NCBI RefSeq assembly: GCF_001194135.2
Contig: NC_068984.1
Coordinates: 95,200,953-95,264,952 of the forward strand
Length of the DNA: 64,000 nt
Direction of reading: 5' to 3'
DNA from: Octopus bimaculoides
Taxonomy: Eukaryota
Below the pieces are notes generated by a model, which was not told the DNA's origin, did no database searches, and worked only from the letters and a program-made list of their open reading frames with translations. The translations under genes were made by a program, and so were the position numbers. Shown here one piece after another: positions 35,867-49,800 of this stretch. The number at the start of each line of letters is the position of its first letter. Positions within the stretch are counted from its first letter, which is position 1.

Positions 35867-37517
35867 GTGTGTGTGTGTGTGTGTGCGCGTGTGTGCGCGC
35901 GCGCGCTACCAGTACCATAAATCTCTCTCTCTCTCTCTCTCTCTCTGTCTATCTGTCTCCCTCTCTCTCTCCTCTTTCTTTCTCTCTCTTTCTCTTCCTT
36001 CATTGATGCTACCCCTTACTTCCACTCCATTTCAACCCATTTCACACCATTCAATTCTTTCATCCTTCACCCCCGCAACACCATTTATTGCCCTATCAAC
36101 ACTCTGCAGCACCACATTTTTCTTGTGTACCTAGATTTTTTTGTCACAGAGATAAAAGAGTCACTACTCTTAGACACACTGGCCCACATAAGTCTGTCTC
36201 CAGTTTATTTCTCCATAGGGAATTAAGATGGAATTGCTTTCAGTACTGACTAGTTCTATACTACATACATGCATTCAAGCATGCACAAACACACACACAT
36301 ATGCGTTTGTAATTACCTACATATTTTCACATACTACTAAATCGAAGGAAATAATCTTATTCCCTCTTTCGTGACATCAGATCTTATGAATATGATGAAA
36401 ATGACCTGTTGTCTCTAAAGTGTTAAAAATTTGATAAAATTGTCCACAGAAAGGACGTGAAGAATTTTTTTTTAATTACTCATTCTCGAATTGCCCCCCC
36501 CCCCCCTTCTCTTATTGGTATACTAAACATTGTGTACAAAAGTATGCAGCATAACCCTATGCACACCTCACCAAAATATTACTATGCCCCACCAAAATAT
36601 TACCATGCCCCACCAGTGGGGCATGCTCCCCATGTTGGGAATCACGGGTCTAGACTATACACTGGGTATGGCATCAGTTCAACTCTCTCAAGTTCCTGGA
36701 GTTTATTCTGGGTCATTCAAGCAATCTGATGTTTTGTGTTGTCTTGCTGCAGAAGAGATTACTCTTTGTTGACCAATGCTGTTTTTTGGCTGTTCAGAGT
36801 ACAGAATGAACTCATCACCTTTTGTTCAAAATGTCCATGTTTGGCAACAAGTTCCAAAAGCTAGCCCTTACTTAACCACTGCTTAGGCACATCAGGATTG
36901 TGGAAAAATATCCAATTTTCATCACGTTATTATCCTCTTCAGGAAATGCAGATCATGCAGATTTTCCAGGATCTCACTGTAAACATCCACTCACCTTTGT
37001 GCTTGAGCTGGTGCTTTTACTGAGGCCGTGAAGGTGACAAGCCACACTGAACTGTGAGATGCCGAGCTCACCTAATACTCTTCAAATGCTACTTTCTGGA
37101 TTTGCCTCTATGGCTTGGAGCATGACCTTGGAATCCATGGTTTTAGGTCTATATGACCTTGTTTGAATGTCAAGGTTTTTACAACTCAAGCAAAATTTCT
37201 CAAACTATCTGACTACTGTACTGTGATCAACTGTGCCTTCACTTTTCACACAACAAAGGGTTCTGGTTGCTTCCACAGTGTTATGGCCCAAATCAAACTC
37301 ATAAAGCATAAGTTTCCAAATTAGACTACATTGTGCGTTCATCTGTGTGGCTTTGAAATCACATGTGGAGTGAAGCAATGTACATGACAGTTCACCAACT
37401 GTCATGATACTACTAACCTTAGTGGGCACCTTCCATGCTTTTGAACTGCTTCAGTCACATAATATACACACTGCAAACTAGCACATGCAAATGTTGCAAA
37501 CCTTTTGACTTGCTTTG
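34086..37517 (-). mobile_element. Degenerate mariner element split by a hAT insertion
   Basis: N-terminal LMLYEFDLGHNTVEAT (37205-37330), LLQQDN, PYPVYS|LDP..YYLFRSMAHFL (YSPDL motif at the insertion site), GIKELAERW. Imperfect TIRs (aagtc(a/g)aa(a/g)gttt(t)gca) next to TA at 34084-85 and 37518-19. Confidence 0.8.
34371..36647. mobile_element. Non-autonomous hAT (Charlie-type) element
   Basis: 8-bp TSD GTCTAGAC at 34363-34370 and 36648-36655 (nTCTAGAn consensus); TIRs CAGTAATTCCCAAC / GTTGGGAATCACGG; subterminal ccccaccaaaatattac repeats and ATGCCCCAC-CA-GTGGGGCAT palindrome. No transposase seen. Confidence 0.85.
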
Positions 37518-40289
37518 TAAATAGTTAGTAGACTGTGTTCACAGTTCTCTAACTTGTTTGCTCTTCTTATGAGTTTTTTTTTTTTTGTTTGTCTGTAAGT
37601 TTGTTTCTTAAAAAATTCAGTATTGTAACTCATCTTATGTATGTGTGACAACTATTTCACTGGATGATATCTTAGCAGGTCTTCTGGAGCTATTTTTTTT
37701 TGTTTTATCATTTTTGTTTGATTTTCTGAAATATTCCTCATGAGATTTTATAACATTTCAGTAAAATGTGATGTTTATTTTAGCCTACAATGCTTTATTT
37801 GTAAATATAACCCTACTCCTTAAAAACATACTCACAACAACACTATTTTGTTGTGAGTTCTCAACATGGTAGACTTACTAATTTCAATTTTGAATATGAA
37901 TGATAACACAAGTGTTACTGTTTTTTTTTTTCTCAATAAGGTAAGATGTTTGTGAATAAACAGCTGTCTTCTGATAACAGTGTACTCTAAAGTAGCTAAA
38001 GCTGATGTTTTGTTTTGTATTGATTTATCATACTTGCCTATATCTTGTAGTACTACTAATGCATGTAACTTACACCAATAGGTATTCCTTTTGTCAGTTA
38101 CTGACTGGGGACCCCACTGATTTCTGAAACCTTTTAAATAGATGTACTAAGTTATATAATTTGTTGATTTTACTTTAGAATATCTGGTAAGCTATGTCTG
38201 TAACATTATTTGTAAATGTATCTTGTTAAAATAGAACTTAAAATACAAAATAGAATGCGCCTGATATTTAATCATTATTCCTGTGTTCCCTCCATCAATC
38301 TGTTGTATCTCAAGTTGAAGTCATTTATCATATATACAGTTAGTTGATGATAATTATTTTGGTTCTCTTCTTCCAAGGTTTTTTTATTGACACATTGTTT
38401 AACCCTCTTACTCTTTTTTTGTTCTACAGTCTTTCTCTGAGCACACTTAGTTTATCAGATAAATTATTGATTATTGGTAGAATAGACTAAGTCTAGAGTG
38501 ATATACTCCTTTTGGTCACCAGCCTCCTTGACAGAATATTGAAATATCAAGCATTTTTGATTAATTGGAATATCTTCTCTCCATCTACTGTGTTCTATCA
38601 TTGCCATAATCGCCTCTTCTTTGGAATTATATGTACATTCAACCTAGTCAAGCCACTTTGTTGCATATTGTCAACTTAGTCTCATTTTGTTTCTGCTTAT
38701 ATTAAATTTTGGCAAGAATCTACTTCTTAGAACAATGTCACTTTGGAATTAATATTCATCTCTGTTAAATAACATCAGCATTATCAAGATAATCTCACAA
38801 TTCCAGAAAGTTACCATTAGTTTGATTCTTTCTGGAAAACCATATATAAAAAATATCTTACACATTCCCTGACAAATTCAGTACTCCTTTCCCATCCCAT
38901 GTCTTATATAGCCAAAACTGCATCATAAAGACTAAGTATTTTCTTTAGGATAAAAAAAAAATGTTGTTGGCCTTCATTAACTGCTAACTCTCTTCCTTAT
39001 ACTCAAATACGGGCCACATATATTTGATTCATTGGATTCAAAATATGTAAATTGTCTCAACCACAACCAAGGAAAAAATCCAATGAATAAACAGGCAAAT
39101 CAAATTCACTAACAATCATTGACCCATTTCTAAGCTCTATTCTTTCTCAAACTTTCCAACTACTTCAGCAGCAACTGCTCTTTTAAACTTATAAACTCTA
39201 TACCACTCTTGCTTAAAATTCCCCCAATTTGTATGACTCTTCATTCATTGTTATCTCTAAGGTGTCTTCTCAGGTTCTTCAACTTTTAACACTTATCCAA
39301 TCCTTGTAGAGTTGTTTCCATACTCACTAAAAACCTGTACAAGAACACTTAACCATACTAACAATATATGATTATCTCTCTCCTTCAACTTACGAAAGTC
39401 TGAAGAGGTTGAATATTAACTCTTCAGACTAACAGTAAAACTAAGTTCCTTTGTGTCTTTTGATTTAAACAACTACCTCGACTATCTTTTTTTTTTATTC
39501 ATAATGTATATTATGTTAATACATCTGCTTTAGTGATATGTGCACACTATGGCCTTACATTAATAATTCCCTAACACATTGGAGAAGATATTTTTGAGAA
39601 AAATATCCAAATGAAGCTTCCAATCAAACCTGAAGCTAATGTGTTCTGTCTGCTTATTTGACAGTGTAGAACTGATAGTGTTACATGTAAGATAAGCAAT
39701 TATTGGTTCTGATATCTAATATATGCTGTTTAGTGTATAACTAGTTAATCTTACTGGTATTGTTTTACAGATACTTCTGCTTGCAGACATTTGATGTTAC
39801 TTACAACACAAAACTCAATGTGTTCATGCTAGTCAATCTGTCTACTACTGATGGAGATAGACTGAGTGCATCAAATGCACAGCAGTGTTTTTGCTTTTAA
39901 GTAAAATTTTACATAACCACATTTACCTAGCTCTCTAGAATAGCTACCAAACCTGGAAAGTAACTTCTAATAGTCTGGCATTTTATTAAGTGACTTGTCC
40001 ACTTAACTCTATGAAACAAGAGGTAAGCACTGCTCTCTTGTGTCCTTTGATGTTCTCAGATACACAATGGACAACTCAGAAGCATAAACATTGAAACCTG
40101 ATACTAATTTTGTCTTATATACATATTTTACGAAATAATTTAACCTAATTTATCTACCTTACTACCAGCCATTTCACTCCTGTTGGTGTTGTCTCTCCTC
40201 ATTAAACATCTCTCCTTTGCTAATTGAATCCTGTTTGAAAACTCTCTGTATTCAATATTACAAAATATTTGATGCCTTTTTTCTTGCAG

Positions 40290-40429
40290 TCCTATGAAGA
40301 TGATGCTGGTGGGGATTTTATGGTTGGCTCGTTCCAAGATTTTGGATATGGTACAGTTGATCAGGAGAATGAAGCTACAGCTTCAAGTTCAGATGAAAAA
40401 CCACGGATTCTGTTGATGGGCCTTCGAAG
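40290..40429 (+). CDS. RagC: RagC/D GTPase, first recognisable coding exon (140 nt, phase 0 to 2)
   Basis: ttcttgcag|TCC TAT... SYEDD...DFGYG...KPRILLMGLR(R)|gtcagt; matches the RagC N-terminus and P-loop start. Confidence 0.93.
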
Positions 40430-42006
40430 GTCAGTCTTATCATTCTTTAAAAGGTGTAATGAATAGATTGAACATGTGTTTTAGAAGTTGACCATATTAA
40501 TGTTATGTTTTTTTTTTAATTATCTTGGGCAAGGGCATTCTGCAGCTTTGGGTCAAACAATGTTTTGTGTGTGGAATCTTGTTGAAAGAAACTGTTTAGA
40601 AGCCAGGTAAATACATGTATCAGAATTTGTTTACATATATAAAACACTGCATCAAAAGTTAAGTCATTTGGTAAATAGAGTTTGATAAAATATGTTCCAC
40701 TCCAAAATGAGTACTGAGTTCAGTATGATCAACTGAAAAGCCAGCATGAAAAGTGGACATAAAATGATGAACTTGATGCCTTATATTGATGATTCTTCAG
40801 TTTCTATAGTAATATAGACATTACCAAAGTTGCAATAAATATAATTTCTTATTGAACATTTTTGTGATAAATGCCTCATTTTTCACATTTAAGATGTGCC
40901 ATGTAGAGCACATTTCTATCTCAATATAGTTATCTTCATCCCTTTGCTTTTTCATCTGAAGGCAGGGTGTGATAGAGTATTTGAGAATGTTATATAACAA
41001 TGAACATTGGGTTTTAGGTACCTGAAGTTGATGTTTGATGTATAGTGGTGTAGTGAAGACTCTCTCTAGTAGCTGGAAATATTTTGTGGCAGGTAACACA
41101 GAACTTAATCTAGTGTTCTATAATGTTTGTAAAATATAAGGAGTGAAAAAAGAGGAGCTTCAGTTAGAGTAGAAGAATAGCTAAGTATGGTTATTCTGAA
41201 TCTGCTGCATGACCTTGAGAAACTTACTGTATTCTAGGCTTTATATGCAAGTCAAAAGTTTGTGTGAATCTTGGTGACATCGTTGAAATGTATCCTTTGG
41301 ATGTTAAACCAGTGGAACTAAGGATGATCATGAGGAAGATGCCAGCAGCAGCAATGATGATGATAATTGATGCTATTGTTTTTCAGTTCCTGATGGACCC
41401 ATATCAGGCAGACCTGATCAAAAGCATTCCAGTTATGGTTAACTCATCTGTGTTTTTCAGACAGAGTACATCTGGGACTACATTATCCAATGTGTCTATT
41501 CCTTTTTTCATGTGATGGGCTGTGATATGAGAGCAATTTGGCTACTATTTGTTGCAAGTCAAGTGACCACATAGAGACTTGCTCATAGCAGTTGTCAAAT
41601 CACTCAGTACTGTTAGTTTCTTGTTTGAATCTGCTGATAGGTAAAGAGGAGTCCTTTTGAGAGCAGCAATATTTTGGGTGCTCCTCAAACCATGGAACAT
41701 TTGCAATGAACAGTAAATATACCCAGTATAGCTTTTCAGTGAAAACACACACATACAATCTACAAGTGTATACATGCATGCACAGGTTCCTACACATGCA
41801 TCAATTAGCATGCACATCTGTACACATATATGCCTTGACACTATTGAAGAAAGAAGCACATCTCAATTGCAGATCGGAGGAGGGTGCATATCTGATATTG
41901 TGAAGGTAGTTTGGAGTTTCTAGCTGAAGGTGAACTCTTTATAACTCTATTGTATGTGGTAGGGTATGTTCCATTTGTAATTTACTACCTTTATCTTTCT
42001 TTTCAG

Positions 42007-42101
42007 AAGTGGCAAGTCCTCCATACAAAAAGTTGTGTTTCATAAAGTATCCCCAAATGAAACCCTGTTCCTTGAAAGCACTAACAAAATAGTCAAAGAT
42101 G
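42007..42101 (+). CDS. RagC: RagC/D exon (95 nt; G1 end and switch I)
   Basis: tttcag|A AGT GGC AAG... (R)[31 protein letters not shown]|gtaagt; phase agrees with both neighbours. Confidence 0.95.
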
Positions 42102-42759
42102 GTAAGTCTGATAAGTTTATTAGTTTCAGTGAGGGCAGAGGAATAGTTTTGATTCTTTCATGTGATTTTATATTTCCATCTTATTGTATACATATATTTC
42201 TGAAATTGGCCATTTTGTTTGTAGTCATTAGTTCCATTTAGAGTATACATATCAACTCTAATGTGCTCCAAAGTTTGATTTTGTCCCCTAGACTTTTCAC
42301 CCTGTATATCAATTAACATCTTTCCATCAGTTCCAGCAACTCCCACTCCTAAACAGATGACACCACCCTTCATTCATCCCTAACCTTCTGTATCTGAGCA
42401 TTATTCACGTGCAAACTATAAGCCTCTGATGCTACATATGGTGGGCCTCACTATCACTGATGATCTCTGTGAAAGCCATGGGAACACTCTCTTCCTCTAG
42501 ACTAGATCTATAAAGAAAAAAACTATATTGTATTTCTGGGGGAGGGGGATATTTCTGGAAGAAATATTCCAGTGTCAGGGTCACCAATTTTAGTGAGTTG
42601 GCTACCAACTATATTGTTTTGCATTGAATACTATCATTTATGATATTGTCTAATATTCTCATGTTTTGTAATCTAGTTTTATTATATAGTTTTGTATTAT
42701 AGTGCTTAGTCTTGAATATAATATTGCATGGTATAATATTGTAGACATCTACTGATGTT

Positions 42760-45700
42760 CATGTAAACCATTTCAATCTTCGCATGGTCAGGCCTTCAGT
42801 GACTAAACTAGCAACCCTCAGAAAGCTTGCTTGGTAAGGAAGGTGATCATTGGAATGAAAAGCAAAATCTGTCAAGATGGACAGAATGATTCAATAGTTA
42901 ACCTACTGACTAAGTTTTCTATGGCATTCTCTTAGATGTGTGGTGACATGTCACACTGTGACTGTCTTCTGGCCAACCACCACAATAGTTGTAGGATCAG
43001 TATGTTTTGGCATGTTCTTGCTCACTATGTTTACATCATCTTATTGAAAAATTTTTACTAATAATTCCAAAAGCTATTAACACTTGCAAACATCCCTCTG
43101 AAATAATGTCAACTATTCAAAATGATATCTGATTGATTGCTCCCTGAGTTGCCAAGCATCTCTTTGCTCTGAGACGTAGCAAACAATTTAGTAGGATGCA
43201 AGAAAATGAGCCTTTATCTAGCCCAGTGGAATGATAGGAGACTACTAAATAGAAGAAATAAAGATCAACCAAAAATGCAATTGTGGCACTAGCTGGAAAC
43301 ACACAACATTGATATAGTTGTCCTTTGTGATATGAGTACACATTCTCTTGGAATAAGAAACTGTAGTGAGACATGAAAGCACTATTTTGTTGTGGTGGAT
43401 TAGCTCAGTCATGCTATGCCCATTTCATCCATTTAGAGTTGGCTGCGGAAGGATACATGTGACAACTTCCGCCCAGCACTATATGTGCGTTTTTCAAAGA
43501 GCTAAATTAGTTGCTTCATAAACAAAACATGCCATCTGACATTTATTTCTACATACACTTTATTCCACATTATATTGTGACATTATCTTCCAACACATTA
43601 CATTCAAACATGTTACAACTTTGAACCCGTTACTTTAGTGACAACCTATAACATTGGTAACCAATCCATTAGATTAAAGATATACGTCTGATGTTGACTG
43701 ATTTTCCCCCGCTCACTGCCATTTGTAAAAAAATTTTGATCCTGCTTCATTTTGGGTTTGTTTTACAGTCAATTGAGAGGAGAATAGAACAAATCACTGA
43801 GGATTAATATTTCTTTTCTTTGAGAACTGTGCTCACAACATTTTATTAATTCATACATACTACATTTCTTTGCCAGTATGAATCACTCTTTGTTACCAGC
43901 GTTCAATGGTTATGTAAGAGTTGGGTTTGCGCAAATAGTGTCATACTTTACTGCAAACGATATTAACTTGGGGCAGCAACAGCTGCATATTTTACTGAGT
44001 GCCATCCCTTCTTCATTAGCTGTTCATTTGAAGGATCTTATAACAGACCCACCTAAGGATGCATCTTATTTTTCAATAAAGAATAAAGTTCTCTGTAGAA
44101 TGTCTCTTTCAGCAGAGAAACACTTTTGTAGTTGGTTAATGAGGAACACATGGATGACTGGATGCCAAGCCAACTCCTATGCAGGATGCAGGAAGTTACT
44201 GAGGGATCATCTGAGGACAACTCCATGATTAAACAGTTTTTCTTCTCCTGTTTGCCATCAAATGTACAGGCCATCCTTGCTCCTACGATGGAGGTCAGTT
44301 CAGTAGATCAGTTGGTTTCTTCAGCTGATAAAATATTAAAATATACTGGCAACAGAGATGCTGCTGTTTTTTCTTCTCCTTCTACAGTAGCAACTACTTC
44401 TCCTGAGGCTGATTCGATGCAATCAACGACTCTACAGACCATTCTTGATTTAACTAAAGAGGTGAAGAGATTATGTGCTGTGCAGAATTTTTCACACCGA
44501 AGATCATTCAGTTGTTCGTCCTCTCCTACATGGACACTGAGCATGACAGCTGCTCACAGTTTGTACCCTCGTACTCATGCATTTTTTGTTGAGGACTTAT
44601 CGCACCAACTTTTCCTTGTCAATCCTGGTGCTGGCTGCAGTATTTGGCCAGTAAAATTCATTAAAGATAAACCTCCTCTTGCAAGCAGTGAACCACTCAC
44701 CTATTCTGATGTACTGGCAAGTCTCTCTTTCTTCGGATTTGGCTCTGCGTTGTAATTTTAAATGGATTTTCATCATAGCTGACCAGCCTTACCCAACCCT
44801 TGGTGCGGATTTTCTCCACCACTATTCTCTTATGTTCAGAAGCAGTGGCTTTTGGACAGCACTATAAACTTTTCTATTTTGGGGCAAAAATTGAGTATTT
44901 CATTGGTTATCCTGACATTCTTTACTGCAGCGTCTGGAAACTTATATTGCTTTTAAGCTCTTACCCAGAGCTCACCAACCTGAGTTTCCAGGGGAATAAT
45001 CCTACTCACTCAATGAAATATTTCATTTCTAGGGATAGTGCTCTAGTGTTTTCATGTCCTTGTCATCTGCCTCTGGAGATGCTCAAAGCAGCAAAGGTAG
45101 AATTTGATCACTTGCTGGAGCTCGAGATTATCCGCCCTTCCACAAGCCAATGGGCCTCACCCCTGCACATGGTCCCCAAGAGCTCTGATGATTGGAGACC
45201 TACAGTAAAAGTTAGACGTCTTAATGCTATCACCACTCTTGATAGGTTTCCAATTTCTCTTCTACAGGATTTTGCTTCCCCACTGCTTGGATGTACTGTG
45301 TTTTCCAAGCTCGATCTCATGAGGGCTTATCACCAAATACCTGTTCACCCTGAGGATGTTCTGAAGACTGCAGTTACAACCCCATTTAGCTCCTTTGAAT
45401 TCTTGACTTTGCCATTTGGCCTTCACAATGCTGCCAGCACATTTCAGCAGTTCATAGATGTCATTTGTGGACTGGACTTTGTCTATGCATATATTGATGA
45501 TCTCTTTATTGCCAGTTCTTCAGCTGCAGAGCATGTTCATCATTTAAAGCTGCTCTTCCAGCATCTAAACCAATTTCAAGTTCAGATTAACCCTGTTAAA
45601 TGTGTTTTTGACACATCCTCTCTTGTGTTTCTTTGCCGTATTATTGACAAAGAGGATATTCAACCTCTTCCAGAAAAGGTGTGGGCTATTAAGGACCTTC

Positions 45701-48700
45701 CTCCTTCTCCTTCCCTTTGCCTGCCTTGGATTGCTAAGTCTTTATAGACGTTTCATTTCTTGCTGTGCTGGGCCTCTGTCTCCTCTTATTGAGCTCTTAA
45801 AGTATTGTCATAAGAAGAATGAAGTTATTGTATTGACTCTGGCCCAGATGGAAGCTTTTGATATTGTTAAACATGAACTTGTTAAAGCATCTTTCCTCGT
45901 ACATCCTGTCTTCAATGCAAAGCTTTCGCTTGTGGTTGATGCATCGAACACAGCTGTTGGCGCCATTTTACAACAGTTTCATGAAGGACACCTGCAACCT
46001 CTTGCCTTTTTCTCTCAGCAGCTGAAACCTGCCAAGACTTGTTACAGCCTCTTTGGTCGCAAATTGTTAGTGATCTACCTTTCGGTAAAGCATTTCCAGC
46101 ATACCCTTGAAGGGAGGAACTTTATCATCTATACTGATCATAAGCCTCTTACTTTTGCCTTATGATCCAAGCCTGAGAAGTATTCACCGAGGTAGACTAG
46201 ACACCTGGATTTCATATCTCAATTTACCAGTGACATCCAGCACATCTCTGGAGCTCAGAACACTGCTGCAGATGCATTTTCCCACCTTCCAGTGAATTCT
46301 TTGTTATCTACTTCTGAAATAGACCTGACTGTTTTATCCTCTGGACTCACTTGACACATCTTCTCCTGAATTTGTAACATGCAAATTCAAATACCTGCCT
46401 CTACCAACTGTTGACATGCAGATCTTGTGTGATGTGTCAATGGATTCGCGTAATCCTTTCATCCCAGGAACCCATTGTTGAGCTGTATTGGAAGCTTTGC
46501 ACAGTCTTTCTCACCCTGGAGTTTTGGCCTCAGTAAAGCTTATCATAATGGCTAAATTCTTCTGGCCAAATATGAGACACGACATTACTGAATGGATCCG
46601 ATCTTGCCTTCAATGCCAGAAGTCGAAGGTGCATAAGCACATCTGTGCCCCTTTTGGCACTTTTAGTACTCTTGATGTGCGTTTCTGCCACATTCATATT
46701 ACCTGAAGCCATTCTGCTAAGTGATATTTCTGCTGAACCTATAGTGCAAGCCCTGGTATCAGGATGGATATCATGTTACAGTGTTCCTGCCCTCGTTACT
46801 ACAGACTATGGTAGACACTTTGAATTTCACCTTTTTTTTTTGGAGCTCACAAAAATCATCGGTGCTCAATGGACTCGAACTACCAGTTATCATCCTGCAT
46901 CTAATGTAATGGTGGAGCACTTCCATCACCAGTTGAAAGTCGCATTTTGTGCCTATCCTGATACTCAGTGCTGGAACGGAACGAGTACCTCCTCAAAGTA
47001 CTCCTTGGCATCCAGACTTCATTTAAGGAGGACCTTGGATTCTCCCCAGTTGAGATTTTGTAAGGTGCTCTTTGTCTTTGCCTGGGCAGATACTTGCCCC
47101 AGTCAATCTTTCTACTCAGGATCCTGCACTCTATGTGAACTGCCTACATGCGAACTTTCAAGTCCTGCACCAAGCCATTAAACTTTCAGTCCTGAGGGAC
47201 ATTGCCTTGTGGATCCATGTTTTCATTAGAAATGATGCAAAAGTCCTCTCACTCCACCTTACTCTAGACCTTATTGCATGCTGGCATGCTCAGACAAACA
47301 TTTTACTATTGACTATAATGGGTCTAGAGACACAGTTCCCATAGATAGACTAAAAAAAGGCCTTCACAGATGCTCATACCCTGGAGCCCCCCCCCCTCAC
47401 ACTGTTACACACACACACACACACACACACCTCCCCTACCTTCACTAACATGCATCACAACAGCCCACAGTGGTCGTCATGTTCATTGACCCAAGGAACT
47501 GTGTAAAACTATTTTCATATGAATTGACCTTTAATGCCTATTATTGTCTTGCATTTTTTCTTAATATATTCATAATGTTTTCTTTTTTCCAGTATTTGAA
47601 CGTTTGTTAACTTTTCATGTATACAATGTATTTTTTCTTTTGCCTTTGCTTTGCATTTTTCATTCTTCCTGCTTGTTTGTAACGACTTTCAGTCTGCAGT
47701 GGGGTAGTGTAGTGAGACATGAAAGCACTATTTTGTCATAGTGGCATAGCTCAGTTGTGCTATGCCCATTTCATCCAATTAGAGCTGGCTGTGGAAGAAC
47801 ATATGTGGCTACTTCTGCCCAGCAGTGTACACGTTTTTCAAAGAGCTAAATCAGTTGCGGATTTGATGGCCCTAGTGGCAACATTACTCTTTCTGCTATG
47901 TATGTTTTACATTGTTCACTATCAACACTGCACAACTCATTTTGACTTATATCTATAATCATTCTGAAGCATATAAGCTACCAAGGTTAAATACTTAGTA
48001 AGTCATGCAAAATTCATTCATGTCTCGCTACGTCTCTCTCATTCTTCCAATGCTCTACAATTTTTAGCATTCACACACAAAGATAAAAATTAATTCTTTA
48101 CTTAGCATTTATCAACAATCCTAAATAAATTACTATGCTTCATAAACAAAGCATGCCTTCTGACATTTATTTCTACATACACTTCATTCCACATTATACT
48201 GTGACATTGTTATATTCCAACACATTACATTCAAACATGTTACAACTTTGAACCCGTTACTTTAGTGACAACCTATAACATTGGTAACCAATCCATTAGA
48301 TTAAAGATATACGTCTGATGTTGACTTTGCCATTATGGACAGTATTGCGGTTAAATCAGACCAGAAACCAGTTGCTCTTAGTGACCAGATGATAAGTTTG
48401 GGAATTCCCATTAGAAGGGATTCTATGCCACTTAGCTCAACATTTTTGCAAAATTATTGATCGTTAAACTGAGCAAGAAAATTGCTATAGTCCTACTTCA
48501 AATTCAGTGTGTGTTTAGAAGAAGTACAATGAACTAGATTATCTGTCTATATCAGATCCAATAGAAATATGCGGAATAGAAAAAATGATCAACAATTTTG
48601 CAAAAATTTTCCAGAATTTGTTTTCTACAATTTGGAAAATTATAGCAAGTAATGAAATCCTTCAATAGTTCCTGCAGTCATTCTTGTTGTGCTTCTTAAA

Positions 48701-49800
48701 TATGGGGATGATGCTAGCATCCTTCCAGTCATATGGGGCATCACCAACATCATCTGGTGGAGACATCTAATGGTATAGTGTCCACCATTTCCCATACTTC
48801 TGCTGGGACTAACGACTCTGATTTTAATTGACTTCATGAAGGTATTCAGCACAGTAAACCAATTGAGCATGTGGAAGGTAGAAAATTCACTTGTCTGATT
48901 GAGTTCCTGACAGCTTGAGTTATGCAGTTGAACACCAGCTCTGCACAATTTAATCTTATAGTGGAATTCAAGCAGAACTGACTCTGTGCTATGCTAACAT
49001 TATTCTCACTTTGTCTGACAGCAGCACTCAAGGAGGTATTCTATAACTCCATTGAAGTTATATGCATATAGCCAAGATTTCGAAGCTAAGATTTACATAA
49101 ATCTTAAAGTGAGAAATGTTGTTTGCTGATGATTGAGCCCTGGTTTCTTATCATGCAGAGGACATGCAGAGACTGGTGGATGCTTTTGGCAGTGCAACCA
49201 CAAAACTTGGCTGGAAAATTAACATCTTGTAGACGGAAATTCTCTGTCAGCTAAACAAAGTTGCATAAACCAAGCTTATCAACATTGAATAAAAGTTGAC
49301 AAAGCCAAGTCACTTTACCTATCTGGACATTGCAATCAGTTGTGATGATAAAATCAGTAAGGAACTAGATTGCAGGATGAATAGAGCCAAGTTGGCATTT
49401 GGAAGATTGAGAGTGCCACTGTGAAACAACTGGCATGCAGTTGTCTGAGTGAAGGGCTAAGCAATTGTATTATCTACTCTAGATTGGAATCATGGATGTT
49501 ACACTTCAAACAGGTAAATAAAACTGTATGTATTCAAAATGAGACATCTGAGGTAAATCATGAATATTACTCAAGACAGGTCAGAGACACTTTTATTCTA
49601 GGGCTTTCCCTAATATGAAAGAGATATTGGTACAGTGAACCCTCAGGTAGCTCTGCATGTCCAAACAATGAAGAAAACTCAGTTTTCAAGACAAATGCTA
49701 TATTCATAACTGGCTAGTTGTACAAGAAATCAGAGTAGACCACATTTGAAATACAAGGATATGGTTAAAGACAACTTGAGGGGATTGAATATTGACATAT
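42760..49800 (+). mobile_element. Highly degenerate BovB-like RTE LINE, interrupted by the Gypsy element and partly deleted
   Basis: 5' leader 42760-42869 is homologous to the reverse complement of 59022-59143. EN start LAQWN...HNIDIVVL (~43200-43361). After the Gypsy: QCVFRRST (~48500), IDFMKVFSTVN (~48830), MLFADD (~49115). A small inverted RT scrap lies at ~48585-48800. Confidence 0.6.
43362..48326 (+). mobile_element. Degenerate Gypsy LTR retrotransposon (CsRn1-like gag by inference)
   Basis: LTRs TGT...AACA at 43362-43653 and 47708-48280; PBS-like TGGTAACC at 43655; PPT gtggggtag at 47699-47707. gag (FAQIVSYF, DPPKD), protease FLVNPGA, RT WASPLHMVPK and YIDD, RNase H VDASNTAVGAIL/TDHKPL, integrase HPG...CLQC. 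No TSD. Confidence 0.9.

Noticed and set aside
38550-39400. Possible BEL/Pao-like integrase relic on the - strand (GFPERI...NGNF-like scraps)
   Set aside because: Too degenerate, with no LTRs or intact motifs; needs TBLASTN or RepeatMasker.
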